64,000 bases of DNA, from NCBI GenBank assembly GCA_040954595.2, contig CM082596.2:6274791-6338790 (forward strand). The letters are read 5' to 3'. Source of the stretch: Balanoglossus misakiensis (Eukaryota; Animalia; Hemichordata). The notes under the pieces were generated by a model. The model did not search any database and was not told the origin of the DNA. It worked only from the letters and a program-made list of their open reading frames with translations. Made by a program: the position numbers and the translations under genes. Positions 1-14,439 of this stretch are shown here, piece after piece (position 1 is the first letter of the stretch; every line of letters starts with the position of its first letter).

Positions 1-3000
1 TACATTCTAAGTCACGAGATGGAGAAGAAAACAGTGTTGGTTTCCATGACAACAGACTGCGCGACTCCCACACAGCACACCGCGATGCCGCCTTCCTCTG
101 AAATGACCTTTAGAAAATCATAATTTCGTTTTTTGTCTGAGACTCAAGGCATGTTTCATGTTAATCTAATAATATTACCCAGCCCTGTAATTGGGTTAAA
201 GATTCCCCCCTTCTCTCGCCGGCAGGTAGGGCAAGTCATTAAGAATCCATTTTGGAAGCGCAGCATTTGTAGCAGTACACGTTTAATGAGATCAAATTCA
301 ACGTTATTAAATTGGGTATGGATCACAGAACACGATCCTGCACCCACTGGTTTGTAACAACACCGACTGACCCCGGTCTTCTAGAAGTCTCCGCGTCGAG
401 CAAATTTTTCTCCCCCGAAGCCGATCTACAAAAATATTACAGCAGGGATAATATATAGCGTGATACTGATAATGTTCACATCGCAGTCTTGTAGAAGTGA
501 CTGTATGTTACAGTACATTGTAGAAATCATGGGCATAGTTCTGAGGTTGGTACTCTGATTTTAAAGGGGCGTATGTTATACACAGCTGACCCCTTGTTTC
601 CCCTTTATTTTCCAATAAACAGTTTCCCGCAAACCTCAATAAATATGGGCCTTTAAACTACTGGGTAAATTGACATCAGTACATGCACTGAGTTTTCTAC
701 TGGCTTCGAATAATTTGTAAAATTCCTGCTTTAATTTGATTTGAGCATGAGTCAGGACTCCATGCTATAAACCTGATTACTGTATCTTGATGTGAAATAT
801 TTTGAGGAATTTCCTTTTTACTAGTAAAAATGCAAAATATACTGCTTTTACGAAAAACCAAACAAAAGCTCCTTACCCATAATTCCTGGTGTGGTTCAGT
901 GAAAAGTTAAAGATTAAAAGAAGTACCCATGATTCAAATTACATATTTTCAAAACCGTTACTTGGCTTTCTTACCATTGTTTTTGTGATTAAGATGTATA
1001 ATAACAAGAAACTTTGCCTGTCATAACACAATAAATCACAAGACATGTTTTCAAAACATGTCAGCCTGCTCATAGAGATATTGGGTTGCTATCTTTTAAT
1101 GTTGTTTCGGAGATATCTGTGTTTGGTAAGGAAAGTTGATGCTGTGCATTCTAGTAAAAGTTGAACTGTTAAGTGTGGGCAGATTTCAGATAAATATGGT
1201 TCCCAGTAATCCGCAGTGACCTCTGATATTTTTCCGGGATTTTTGCTCAAGGATAGAGTAAAGCTTCCAAGAGCAAAATATTAGGAGAAGTTTAATACTG
1301 ACTCTCAATGTATCTTAGAAAGTGAGATTACAAGTCTTACTAATCTGTCATTAGAGTTTGTAGATCTGACTTCAACGTACTCCCATGATGAAATGAAATG
1401 TGAAACCTCACCAAGGAACTGTACTGCGGGTATTAGAACTACCGGTGCTGTTTTTTCCTAAAGAATAATCTGCATTGCCATTTATCTCCAATAATCGAGG
1501 GAAATCGGAAAAATAATTACTCCGTATAATCAGGTGAAGTTAATACCACAACAACCAGATAAATAAAACCGGGGTAACCAGGGGAGGTCACGAAGGAAAT
1601 GCCAAGTGTTATCTGAAAATGTCATTCTGTAATCGATGAATCTGTCACCCGATGATGTCATGCTATCAGGGTTCACGACCTTTCCCCAAAGCTGATTTGT
1701 ATCGCGGAGTAAAAAATATTATCATGAAAAAAAAAAATACCCATAGTCTCGATCTCTCGAATGGAAATACACATGACACCCTCAGGCGCGTATGATATTT
1801 GTAATCAGTTAACGCAACAAGGACTTTGTGAAAGCTTATCCCCCCAAAAATAGCCGAGTAATTCTCCTGGTGGACGTGGGACGGCAAAGTACATAAAAGG
1901 TGTAATCTTCATCATCCAGAATTTCAAAACGCTGATTTTTTTCCCCCTGATGAAGAGAAATCTGCTTTTCTTTGCTGTTGCTATGGGAAACTGATTAACT
2001 TGTCAGAGCACGCGGCTTTGTGTCAGAATTTTCATTCTTTTGCGTCGCCCACTTAATCCCCCCAAGTCACATTCGCTGATTCCAGACAATGGCAGAGAAG
2101 AAGAAAAAAAATGGGTGATAATATTGATGGTAATGGAAACATCTTTGCTGATTGTGGAAAGGCGTCTTTCGTTCAGATGTGAATTGTACCAACAGTGTTT
2201 ACATGCAAATAACTCCCCCCTCATAGGGCATACCTATTGGTAGGGGCTTCGGTGCATGCTTCATTGTTTTCGTCTTATCACACGTAAGATTTGTAGAATT
2301 GTCGATTCGTTTAGTATTACAGCAAAGCTGAGAATTTTCTTTTTCACCTGTCTGATACGGGAGTAAAGTGTTTCATATATTGTCTGGCTATCCTGCATCT
2401 CTGGTCAGTGGTCTTGGGGATTCGTTAGGAGATAAAATAGAATCTTTTCAGTTTGTTCAGTGTCAGGTGCTTGGATTCTGGTGGTCTCGAACCTGATTGG
2501 CCAAAATGAAATGTGTCAATTTCAAAGCAGAATTGTGAACTTGAACACTATTATATAGAAAGAGTTTACGTAAGTGATGTCATACCAATATTTAGAATGT
2601 ACACCTATGAGTAATACTGCTGTTAGATATAAATGTATAATATCAGATGGTGCTGCATGATCTGTTACCATGGCAATTAGAGGTCTGTATTCAATATTAC
2701 TAATGTCTAGTGGATTTTAGGATTGGTTGTTGACTTGACCTATCAGGGACCAGATCATCTTCTGGTGTTGAGGGCGCTTTTCCATGTCGTCAGTGTTGAC
2801 TAATTTTCACCATTCACGACTTGTTTCGGTCATGCGGTGTGTTGCAGCATGTGAGAGAATTGACAACCTTTATTGTCAAACAGGCATCATCATGACGTGT
2901 TTCCGTTTGCTAAATCCACGATTAGGTTACAGATAGTGGACTACCTGTGCACGTGTTATGTGTGTGTGGGTTCCAGGCTGTACACCCCTCTGTTCCAGGG

Positions 3001-3623
3001 TGGATTAGTCCAACTTAACTTTTTTGTCATGTTTCATGCGATTCAGTCTGATGAAGAATATCATGAATAGCCAGCAAAAACATCCAGATTCTATTTAGAA
3101 CACCAGTCATTTCCCATCATTCTCAAAGCCTAACATTTTTTTTTATTACTACAAAAGTATTTTTAAAACTCAATAAACTCTTCCATTAGTTTAAAAACTG
3201 TGATGGTAGGAAATAAACTATAATGCATTTGAAAGTTCCACTCCCATTCGGTCAAATTTGAATCGGATGATGGCTATTTTTATTTTATCACCTTATTTCT
3301 CTTTCAAACTATTTGTAAACTAATGGATAATTGACATCAAACAGCTTGTAATCCAGGAAAAATAATCCACATTAGCAGTCATCCACTCTTTATATATCTA
3401 GTATTCTATTTGCAGAGAGACAGTATCCTACCAGTCAGAGCCAACAGAACATGTGTTCTTACTGGTGTTTCACTTCTGTCCTTATTCATTTTCTACAAAA
3501 TGATAATTAACTGCAATAAAAATGTCTGATGTACAGGACAACATGTACAGTGTTGTGTACATTGATTTGATTTGAGTATTAAAACATAATATTAAGAAAT
3601 CTTTTCTTCTTTTTTTTTCACAG

Positions 3624-3700
3624 TGGCATCCATTTTCTGTGTTCCTGGCATCAGGTTACAACCTGAAATGAATGATATGAGAGTTCCAACAAGAATATAG
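3624..3700 (+). CDS. CDK14: Last coding exon of a PFTAIRE-type cyclin-dependent kinase (CDK14/15 pro-orthologue); upstream exons not found in this window
   Basis: Strong acceptor cttttcttctttttttttcacag ends at 3623. The phase-1 exon reads (x)TG then ASIFCVPGIRLQPEMNDMRVPTRI* with TAG at 3698-3700. This matches the recalled C-termini of human CDK14 (MSSIFTVPNVRLQPE) and CDK15 (SLFTVSGVRLKPEM). Its position upstream of Fz1/2/7 matches vertebrate synteny. Confidence 0.85.
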
Positions 3701-3728
3701 AGATTGGTTTGCGCGGTTCGAGACTTTG

Positions 3729-3737
3729 CTGGTAGGT
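3729..3737 (+). other. Candidate 5' splice donor of a 3'UTR intron of the CDK14/15 gene
   Basis: CTG|GTAGGT with GT at 3732-3733, 31 nt after the stop codon, followed by intron-like low-complexity sequence. Confidence 0.55.
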
Positions 3738-3816
3738 GCATGTGTTTCTTTGTTGTGAATGGGATGTGTGAGTTTGTTGGTTTTTTTAGGGGGGGGGGTC
3801 TGTGTTAGGGGTAGTG

Positions 3817-3957
3817 GAGAGAAGAGGGAGGCAGATGGCCACAGCACAAGGGGAGGGAGGATGGGTTTCAATTCATAGGTGTGAGAAGGAGGGGTGGGAA
3901 GGAGGGAGAGAGAAAGAGAGAAATAAGCTGTTCAAAGAAGAGAGAGAGAGAAAGACA
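3817..3957. repeat. Purine-rich (GA/GGA) low-complexity tract
   Basis: ggagagaagagggagg ... ggagggagagagaaagagag ... gagagagagagaaaga. Confidence 0.7.
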
Positions 3958-6900
3958 GCCGTTCAATGAAAGTGGGATGAATTAGAGATCCAATGTCATT
4001 CCCAACCAGATTTTCTTTTTTCTTTTTTAAAATTGGAGGTCACAGATTCTGCAATTTTACACACCAGTGGCTGTGTCTGTGTTTCTCTTTGTTTACTGTC
4101 AGCTCTTTGGAAATGGCTCTGATTATCTTGATCCCCTCCCCCGGAGCATAGCACAGCTGTGTCGGCAGAGGAAGTGATGTTGAATCTGAATTTGGGAAAG
4201 TTTTTTTTCATTCTCGGACCTGCCATCCGATTATTTACACTGGTGTATGTAATTGCTTGTGTAAGCTGTTTCTCAGTGTGCTCTGAGTGGGTTGTAATAC
4301 ACATATATCGCTAATGAGCGTATGTTTATGTGCGCATGTGTGCACAAGTGTGCCTGTGTGTGTTTTCCGTCAGCCGGAGATCGAGCTCCATCTCCGGGAT
4401 TCCTGGCATCCCGGCAATGTTTTCAAAAGGCTTCCGTCATTGTGTGGCTGAGACTCTGAGCAAATGTGCCACCGCCGGAGAATATTCGGCCCATTCTCTC
4501 CCGGCGTATCCTAAAGAATAAGAACAAATAAGAACGAGCGGAAAATGGCACGTAAAATCAACAGCGTCAGGAAAGTAGTTTAGACTACTTAGGAGCCCCC
4601 ATTAGAGCGTCTCATTTTGAAATAATCTGCTGTTCAAATACGGCACTGTTGTGATTATTTCCGTGAAGTCTTTTTTTTTTTTGGACCGATTTCGGTGCTA
4701 TGAAATGAAATCCGCGGGGGTTGAAGAGAGCGATCGAGAGAGAGAGGAAAAACAGGCGCTTATAATCCTAGAGAGGCATGCCGCTTCACACAGTCCAACA
4801 GATTCATTTCAGTTTATTATTCATTGTCTTAAGATTCAAGGTCAATACCTTCCGCTGGGAGCCGGATTGGTGTTGGGCCGCTCGGAGAATGCGGCGCGAG
4901 ACCTTGCGCTCGCATTTCTGTCTGGGCCCGCCTGGCTTGTTTTCGTTGGAGATATGTTGAACCGGCGTGAAAGGGGAGGGGGAATTGAATGCCCCGGTCT
5001 CCCTCCCTCACAAGTATACCCCTGTAATGAGTTTTCTTTTTCGGATCGGTGTCTGTCTGGTGTGTTAATTTCAATCAGCTGTGATGAGATGTGATTAGGA
5101 GAGTATTGAAGCCGAAATTAAAATGGGTCTGTTTTGTGTTAGATATCAAAGGGATCCGCGTAAGGCTGTGTTGGGCGGTGACCTCGAATTACCATGGAGA
5201 TTTTCAGCCCCCCTTTTTTTGCACAGCTCAACACCCATAATCCCCTGGGAGTGTAAGCCAGATAATTTGATTCATCAAAATTACTCCTTAACTGTATTGT
5301 ACCAAGTAGGTACCAATCATCAACCATGGACATTCGTGTAACATATGGTAGCAAAAATGTTAGTCTGTACTGAAAGTTCAGTAAACATGATCACCTTATG
5401 TATACATTTTTATTGACAAATAAGTATTATTAACAAGGAGTAGACCAGGACCCAATAAATGGTGCCCATATACCCGTGAATGACCCCCACCCTCTCCCAT
5501 CCCACAATTCATCAGAACTTACTACTGCTGTTCCCTGAATTTATGTGTACCATTTAATGCAAGATGTACAAAAATGTACTTAAAACCTTAGATCTATCAC
5601 CATAACTGTTGATGGTGGTAGTCTCCATGTTACATGTTAACCATCATGATTCTCAGCATTTTGGCATCAGAGTTCAGACAACTGTCCAATCAAACCGTCG
5701 ATTTGATCTTCCAGTTCTAGTGTTAAACTAAGATCTTAGCCACTTTGCTGTTTTGTCTAAGAAGTGTAACGACAGACTGACTCATTATCTCCGATTTGAT
5801 AATCAACGACCTAACCTTGCCATTTCTTGTCTGGCATTACTGAACCAGATACCGCGCGGGAGGAAAGGGTTCTCGGCCATGTCTGAGTTGATAAATCTGC
5901 TCCACACAGGCTTGTTTACATTCCTGTGTCTGGTCTAGGCTCTGACACGTGTTTGTGAATGCGGGCGTCCTTCGACGGTTTCCCAGGTGATCCCACCAGA
6001 CTGTAGAGCCAATCAGAGACAAGAAAGCAGTGTGTTTTAATTGCAATCAGGTTCACGCATCAATCGCACAAATTAAATTGATCTTCCTTCCCACAGTTCC
6101 ATGCGCCTCACCTGGCTGAGTGAGTAACGTCTGTATGTTAGTACCGGTATCCCATAATTCTGTGGGTGATTTATTAATTTGTGCGTTGTGCTCCTGATGG
6201 AACCAAACTGTAAGACTGTGCAAATACTGACGTGAATGTCTGTACTTTTTTATACATCAGTGACTTCATGACAATTTGTGGAATGTCTCGTCCATTTTGA
6301 AAGTTGCTGCTGGGCATGTGGCATGGAGAGAGAGACAAGTATAAAATGCTTTGAAGTACTAATAAAAAGAATTAATTGCAAATTTGCAAGCATTGAAATG
6401 ATGAACAATCACGTAATCTTATGGAAAAAATGCTGTATTAAAGAATTGCCCTATGGCATTGTCTGGGAAAGGTCGCATTAGCTGTATATAACCTGAAAGA
6501 AAGTTTCTCTGAAACAGCAACCAGCCTTTTCTGCCCAAAATCCTCATTGCATTTCCTGGTTTTGATACAAAATCGCAATTTACAGTTGCTAGATTTGGTG
6601 GAAAACTTTTCACAGCATAAATGGTATAAAGACTGGTTTGAAATCATTTGGGAACAGCAGTACTGCCAGGCCCTTGATATGGTGATAGCAAAATGAACGA
6701 AGACCGGGATAGCAGAGCTGTGGCACAATTACGTTGTGGGGGTTTATCCTGGGGGTGGGGGACAGGGTGTCGCTTTTTTTCAAGCCTGTGTGGGGGTTAT
6801 TTCCCCATTATTGGAACGGGTCAGATTTCATCCAGTTTTGTCCGGTGGCCCACTGCTGTGATGTTGTGACTAGACACGTCCTTGTTTTGGTAACCTTTAC

Positions 6901-9900
6901 CTGCCATATCGAGTTTAATATTGCCCTTCCCAGCTTCCCTCCCTCTCCGGGTCGCTGAATTTGGAAGTAAATTGGATCATTTTCTCCCCCCGAGGCTGAA
7001 ATAGAACGCATGCATTCCTTCCTCCTGTTGGGGATAATGAAACGATGCCATCTGTTCCGGAGTTTTGTGAGTTTTGAACTTCACACTAGATAACCCGCAA
7101 TGATTGAGTCCGGAATCTCTTGTGCACTTCCGTTCAGGAGAAACAGGTTATCTCTTTTGGTCATGTGGCCTTAACTCTAACAAATGTGTCTAAGTCTCTC
7201 TCTCCCGTATATGATCTTTGAATTTTGTTGTTGCATAAAACTCTTAAAATACTGGTCTGTTTTATGAGTAGTTTCTGAATTGAACAGATCTGTGTAAACA
7301 GTATTTTGTGTTATTTTGGCTCTTTACTGATTTCTTAAAAAAATCGTCCTTCTCACCTATTTGCCAAAAGATTTAAATGTTTTTTATTCTTCAGTTTAAT
7401 CCCTCTATATTTTTTAGCTTTTTCGTGTTTTACAAATTTGCTCTGTAATAACCAAGAATATGATGGTGTGCATTCACATTAATTTTCCTGACAGCCACTC
7501 TGTAACATCTTAATATTTCCATTCCGAAATCGGGTAACAAAAAAATAGCTGTCGGGGGAGGCTGGGAAAATGGGAAGATGTTGAGTTGCTAACGGCTGCC
7601 GACGGTCAACAATTAACGGATAAATCTGGATTAATTCACGGGTATTCCCACGCTCTGTGGACATTAGGGGAGAGATAATGATGGACTGTGATTATTTAGA
7701 ATGACACGGGTTGTTACTGTCATCATCATTTCTCCATCATGTCACACAGAGAGCAAGTCATTTGGACTTAACAACTGGCGTAGTTTACCTCTGAAATCAA
7801 TATCAGGTTCGTTGGTTGCAGACAATTCTCAACTGGAGAGGATATTTTGTAGCAAAGCTATGGCTGAAAAAGATGTGATTTTTTATGTACATTAAAGATG
7901 ACAGCAGTTTAGGCAAGAATTAAGTTGATATGATTTTAGAGTAAAATGAAAATACTGACTTGAATTGCTGTGAGAGAAATGATACCCGTATCTTTGTGCA
8001 TTTTTGCTAGGGGGAAAATGCAAAAATTATTTTCAGTGAAAAATTCTCACTAGGCTGGTATTCATACCAGCTAAATACAAAACTGATGTCAAAATGAAGT
8101 CATCTGTATTATTCTATTGTATGTCGTTTGTGAACTGCAAAAAAAAGACCGTAGTGGTTGGGTCATCGACTCTTTGTTCGTGGTGCGTGACAGCAGACTT
8201 GCTCACTTCCTGGGCATTTCATGGTGTTTGAAATTCCCACTTTCGCTGTTTATTATAGTATCGTGAGGTCTGTGGATGGATGGATAATAGGTGTGCCTTC
8301 TCTCGTGGCACAAAGAACGCCAGACACTTGTGTACACACATAAATGCATTAGTCTCAAAATCAGGAAAGTTTTTTTTTTGGAGGGTACAATCCAATTCTG
8401 TCTGACTTCACTTGTCCGGCGTGCAGGCGCTCGGTCGACCACTCACTGTTGTTCTGGTCTCTCTGATGTGTTACACCTGCATTGGGGCTCTCAACGCTCT
8501 GATTGTTTGCGTTGGGGCTTCATTTCGTGTTCCTGTAGTGGGGCGTATTGATTGCACATCAGTGGTGGTGTACTAGTCGACTGCATGCTGCGCGTATAGC
8601 CGTCCCTTTGTGTCCTGTGTGCGGTCATTGTGAGTGTCAAATGTACAGAGTGCTGTGTGTAACACGTCTTTGAATATAAAAAATGCAGGGTTTGTACGCA
8701 CTTGGAAAATTTTGTGATGCCAAACCACTCAAGAAAAGTCCTTTTATGTCTTACAAGATGAGAGTCACTCTGGACTGGAAACTCTTGTTGATTCACTTGG
8801 GCATACACTGTGAAATGTTAGCTACTGTGGGACCAGTTTTGGACGAAATCCCAGATAAATCGCTCCGGGAATATGGGATTTTTTAAAACCTGATGTTCCA
8901 GTGGAAAACCACTGGAAAATAAAGCTTCTTGGGGGTTCTGAAAAGTGTGGGTGAACCCTGATATATGATACAAAAGTCTACATGGGTCACAAAATCTTCC
9001 TGACGCAGAAACGGAATGCTTGAATCAAATGCTTATCACACAGCAAAAATCTTTGGATAGGCAACTGTTCAGGTTTACACTAACCAGATATTTTGAACTG
9101 CAGCATAAATAGGCAAAAAAAACCCACCGTTTTACCGGAAATACAAAAAATATAAAGAAAGTTCAAGAAATTTTGCAGGAAATGCAGTAAAATTGAGAAT
9201 TTGTCTTGTCATAACACTGACAGTAGTGTAGTTTGGTGGATATTAAAAAAGTTCTGAAGCTTCTCTGATATCGTGACCGTTGTGTGGAGATTTCTTTGTC
9301 GGTGACATCATCTGTAAGCACGGCGCAAAACCCACACTTTGATTACAGTAAATTGGTTGTCGTGAAGCTCTCTTGATGGAGGAAATAGGACACGTTTGTT
9401 TGAAGTGCAAATTCAAACATCAAACAGATTCTCTTCCCTCGCACAGCCCCGGGGCTGAGCTCACTCGCTAATTTATTCCGAGCCATGTGCCCGTCAGGTG
9501 TCCGGGAGAAAGAAAATCCATGTATGCAAATGTTGCCCAAATAACCCCCAGACTGGGCTGTATCCCCCAGAGGGGGTGCAACCGCGAGGGGCAACACCCG
9601 GCATAGTTATCATGTAAATCCAATGTTTTTAAATATTATTTGGTTTTCATTGAAATTCTTGAGCACCACTGACAGGTGGGCCGGTGTTTGTTGTTGTTTG
9701 GGTTTTTTTGTGTGCCGATTGTGTGCAGAGCAACACTGGGGGCTGCATTCTCGGTGACGTGATAAAAGCTTGTGTTTGGCCCCTGTGTCCACAAACACAA
9801 AAACCAGGCTCAGAAAATGAAGTATTAGAAGACAATAGCGCTGGGAAGTATGCTCAGCACCCTTACTGAAAATGCTTTCATCTGCGTGTTTTGTTTGGTT

Positions 9901-10605
9901 CACTTTATACTTCTCTCTTCTTTTTTTTTGTCTTGGGGAATTCTTGAGGAATTCTTGAGAGTGGGCTACGCAATTCAAGTGGTTGCCTCTTTCACGCCGA
10001 TGACACATCACACCGGGATTGTCTGTCTGCACATTGAGATTTCTCTGCAAGTTTGACTGATATCCAGAATTATTCTTTGTCCAAATCTGAAAGTCAGTAT
10101 CTTTTCCTTTATCAGACATCAAGACTTGGGCCAAGAGAATTGGAGTTTCTCATTTTCATATTCCTCTGGTATTTCTTTGCATTTCTCTATTTTGTACTGC
10201 AGAAAACACATTTTTGTGGTTTTTATCACAACTACTTACCTGAATATGGCATTTTTTACTAAGATTTTACTTGTGCAACTTTACAAGATAGACAGAAAAA
10301 GTGGAGAGTTGAGCAAATTCTTTTTTGAGTTATTCTCTCTGTAAAAGTGTGGCCACTGTTCGAATTACAGAAATGGCCTTTGTCTGGATCTGTTTGAATT
10401 CACTCTATTATTTCAAGATGGCACACTCGAAATGCTTTTGTGGTCGAGCACTGCAGTGAAATGAGCAATGTCAACAGTGAAGTGTTTTGAAAAGTGAGCA
10501 GATACTGAGAGCGGAACAACACCTATTGTGCTGGCTGAAATAGTTTCCTGAAGTCGTTGCTTTCAAACTTGTCAGACTTTTCTGTTCAGTGCAAACTTGG
10601 GTGGG

Positions 10606-10800
10606 TCTCTCTCTGTTTCTGCCTCTGTCTCCCCTCCCTCATTCCCCCCTCTCTCCTTTTCTTTTCCACCTCCCGTTATATTTCAGCACCTTTCTATCCC
10701 TCCTCTCTTCTTCCTTCTTTGTCTTCCCCTCCCTCCCTCTCCCCATCTCTCTCTCTACCCCCCTCCTCTCTCTTCCCATGTGTCTTGCTTCTTCTTTTCC
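10606..10800. repeat. ~200 bp pyrimidine-rich (CT/CCT) low-complexity tract
   Basis: Almost all C/T on the + strand; it accounts for the overlapping Ser/Leu/Pro-rich ORFs in the track. Confidence 0.85.
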
Positions 10801-12487
10801 CACCCATGTCTTGCTGTCTATCACATCATTGGCAATAACGGGTGTGACCGAATGTGGTACTGAAAGGAACAACCATTTTTTCACAAATGTACGAGACATA
10901 GTCTTGAAGGGTTACGCCTGGCTAGATGATGACCCTGTTTACCCCTGTAGTAATGATGGTTTGGTCCGTCTAACTCTGGTGCACAAAACATGTAACCATG
11001 CAGGTGTTTTGAAAGTGATGGTGGAGGTTGATCTAATCCTCCCCATTGTAGCAAATAATGGTTTGTTCTACTTTGTTTTCTGTGGTACCTTTCTGAGAAG
11101 CCTATATTACAGAAGAAGAAAAAATGTGAGAATAGTACATGTAATACTGCTATGAAATTAAGGAATTTGATAATGCTGGATTTGATAGAAATCAGGAAGA
11201 TAATTTTGTCTTTCAAATGAGATGAATGTTCATGTCATTGTTAATGGGTAGTATGTTTATGACTGACATGTTCTGTATCAAGATAGGAAAAACTGATATG
11301 AATTATTTTTTTGAAATCGACTCAATTTGCCTCTTTTTGCCATCAACTTGACAGCTGCTTGTTACGTTGGCTTTTGTAGAAGTCTGGCTATCATTGTTGA
11401 GCTTTGCAGCTAGTTTGTTGTAATAATACGGACTCTTTCTAATCCCCCAGCCAATATACCGTGTTTTCACAGACCGTTTTCTCAGCCCGTGTACCAACAA
11501 AGCCCGCAGATTCCGCCAGCTCCTCTGTGGAAACTCAATTCTTTGGAATATCTTTTCTGAATACCTCTCAGCGGCCGAGCTATGCCAGCTATTCCGGTTT
11601 CAACTCGCAGGAGAATTTGGGGGGAGAAAAGAAGGGGGGAGTTATCTCGCGCGAGGGTAAACTGAATTCAGAATATCTCGTGTTTTGATTTAAACATCAG
11701 AATACCTGTGCATTCCTGAAATGTGGAACTTTCAACACTCGGCGTGATGGCTGCGTTCTCGGCATTCTGTGCATACATAAAATCCACACACACACATACA
11801 CAGGTGAATGCTGAAAAGTCTTTAAAGAGTGAGCGATAACATCTTTTGACGTTCTGTGGAGCGTACTGCTTTCGGGTTAAACTGAAAGTTATGAAGTACG
11901 AGAGCAAACTATGTAATGCTGTTGTTTCCAGATCGTCAGCAACTGCCAGTGGTCTGCTAAAACTTATCAGAACTACAAAAAATTTACTTTAGATTGTGGA
12001 CAGGGACAAAACATCCTGATTTGAAATTTCAAACGAAAGAGTGTCTGTCTGCTTTCTGACTCCCACACCCAATCCATGGCCAGGTTTGTTATTTTTGAAT
12101 CATGGCTGCATTGAGCCTTTCATTTATCGAGCAAAGCGTTCGTTATTCAACAAAACCCAGAGACACAGGATGTCGGAACTTGTTATCTGTGTGTGGAGGC
12201 CGAAAGCCTTTCACTTCTTTTTCAGATTATTGTGAACGGTTTGTTTATTTTGCAAGGTGTTAGAGAATAAAGCCAACTGTTCATTTAATTGAAACTTTAA
12301 TTACGAAGACCCTGAATGGACAGTTGTGTGGCATGTCTGTGCCTCCACTTTTTCGCTGTGACTTGCTTGACATTCTTGCATGAATTCTGCAAGTACGGTA
12401 ATACAGAATTTTGATAAGCTTCTATTTGCATACATGAATATGCAAATAGAGGCTGTTCCTATAGGCTGAAAATGTCTGTACGGTATG

Positions 12488-12556
12488 TACAGTGAAACTT
12501 GTGATTACGGAAACCTCGCTAATCAGAACACCTCTCTATTAAGGACAGATTTTTAA
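12488..12556 (+). mobile_element. Possible one-ended relic of a Tc1/pogo(Tigger)-type MITE
   Basis: TA|CAGTGAAAC start followed by aacacctctctattaaggaca, resembling termini of TA-inserting CAGT-ended MITEs. The matching right end is not visible. Confidence 0.3.
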
Positions 12557-14415
12557 GACAAAAGTTTGGCTTGTAGGGGAGATCTCAAAACCCACAAATA
12601 TGTGAGAACCCAGAGAGGTATCTGCTAATATCTAATAACACTTTGCTGTTAAATGTAAATAATTCATGGGTAGGTCATGTACATGTAGGTAAGGAAGGTT
12701 AAGAGAATTGGTTTATCTGGCAAAATCTTGGTTTATAGGTCAGGGAACAACAAAGTAAAAGATCAAATATCCAAAATGTGAGCTGTTTTATGCCCCTAGT
12801 GACTTGTTCAGATTATTGATGAGGTCTGACTCATTGTTTAACTGTCCTGTCTCATATTTTCCATGTGCAGTACACAAAGCTGACAGTCTTACACTATACT
12901 TCAATGTCAAAATAGTAAAGTTCACTGCTATAATCTTCAGGCAAGAAATAGTGACTTTTAATGAGTGTTTTTATATTTCACGATATGAAAATTAATAAAT
13001 TTCTGTTTAAAAAAAATTAATGCATAGTGGAAATAGTTTTAGTTGTCAGATTTTTGCTCTTTCTAAAATTGACCTTCGTTTGTAAAACTGCAGTTGTCCT
13101 TGGACGCCAAGGGCTTCTTGTGTCCTTCAAAATTTCTAGGTGAAAATTTGTGGAAGATATTAGCCTGATAATGGATATTTCAAAAAGTAGATGGTCTGCA
13201 ATTACGCAGGGGCAAAGGTCATCACGGGAGGTCACAAGACTCGCGTCTTATTTGAATATTTGAATCTTGCGTTAGTATCAGGAAAATATATCAAGACTGG
13301 CTTCATCTATTTATTGGCACATTGTGCCAAATTTCTTTTAGATAGTTGCGACAGAATGTAGGACAGAGAAACTTGAAAATAATTAATCCCCGCTGAACCT
13401 CATTGAGACTTCTGTGAACAGGATTCATTCAGCTTCAATGCAGAGTTGAAAAATGGGTCACAGTGTCGTACTTTTTCCCAGAAAGTGGTAAGACTAGAAA
13501 GCCCTACCGCAGCGAAAGCCGTAAAAACCACTTAAATAGACAAGATAATCATCTTTTAGGAGGGAAACAACTGAGTCATCTCTGACAGTCATCTAACAGA
13601 TTTTAAATTTTACATGAGTCTATTACTGTCGAGGTTAATCTTGTTGACATAGATCTGTTTTCCAATGTTTAGCAATTGCTCCACCAGGTGGGGAAGTATG
13701 GGGACGGTGGCAGAGGCTCCCCCAGGGGGGTGGGGGCTGCTGATACGTACTTAATATCAGGTGTACATACAGTCTATGCAGTCTTCATGTGGAATTCATT
13801 TCTGTGTTTCCATGAGCCATGAGAGTCATTTGAAGGGTAACTTTGTGAGCTGCTCAGCATGGCGTGGATCATGAAAGAAAAATGAGTTTTACTGAACTAA
13901 TTGTCGTTTACGGCCCCGTAATAAATACACATATCAATTATGGGATATGTTATATGTACATAAATAACGATTAAGATATGACAGGTCTGGCTTGCCTGGT
14001 TGACATAGGGGCATTCAGCTTTGCATTGTGGGAGCACAAGGTAACAATCAGGGTATGAGGTACTGCCAGGATACGGTCACGGTGAAGGTTATTAACATGT
14101 GACGCTTTAGAGATGGAGTAGAAAAAGATACCTCTGCCAGGGATTGAGAACTGCCTCTTTAAACATTTTCCCCATGATAAGGAACTCCGTTTAAAACCTT
14201 TTGGACAGACACAAGCATTTTAAGACTTTCTTCTTTGAAACGTGTTATTGAGCACACAAATAAGGTCGGTGTAGTCTTTCAGATCCAGATGTGGTTGAGT
14301 TTACGAATGTACATATGGCACGGGGGAAGTCTGCCAGAGAATATATAAACTCTCCCCAAGTGCACATCCACTCATATAAAAGATATGTGCCGTTTCCTAC
14401 AAAACAATGCATGTG

Positions 14416-14439
14416 ATTGGTGGAACCGCATCACATGAC
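14416..14439 (-). promoter_or_regulatory. E-box + CCAAT composite (USF/NF-Y-like)
   Basis: The minus strand reads GTCATGTGA then CCAAT, with 11 nt between the hexamer and CCAAT (+ strand ATTGG 14416-14420, CACATG 14432-14437). Confidence 0.35.

Noticed and set aside
1-3600. Search for the penultimate CDK14/15 exon
   Set aside because: I found no splice-bounded frame resembling the end of the kinase domain; it probably lies upstream of the window.
1042-8917. Small perfect palindromes (gacatgtttt-c-aaaacatgtc at 1042; ttccagtgg-aaaa-ccactggaa at 8896)
   Set aside because: Arms of 9-10 bp are too short for pre-miRNA hairpins and are compatible with chance or TE debris.
10557-11216. 188-aa + ORF and a minus-strand acceptor-like site near 11102 leading into a ~70-codon frame
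   Set aside because: The + ORF is driven by the CT-rich tract. The minus-strand frame resembles no known protein and I found no partner exon, so support is insufficient.
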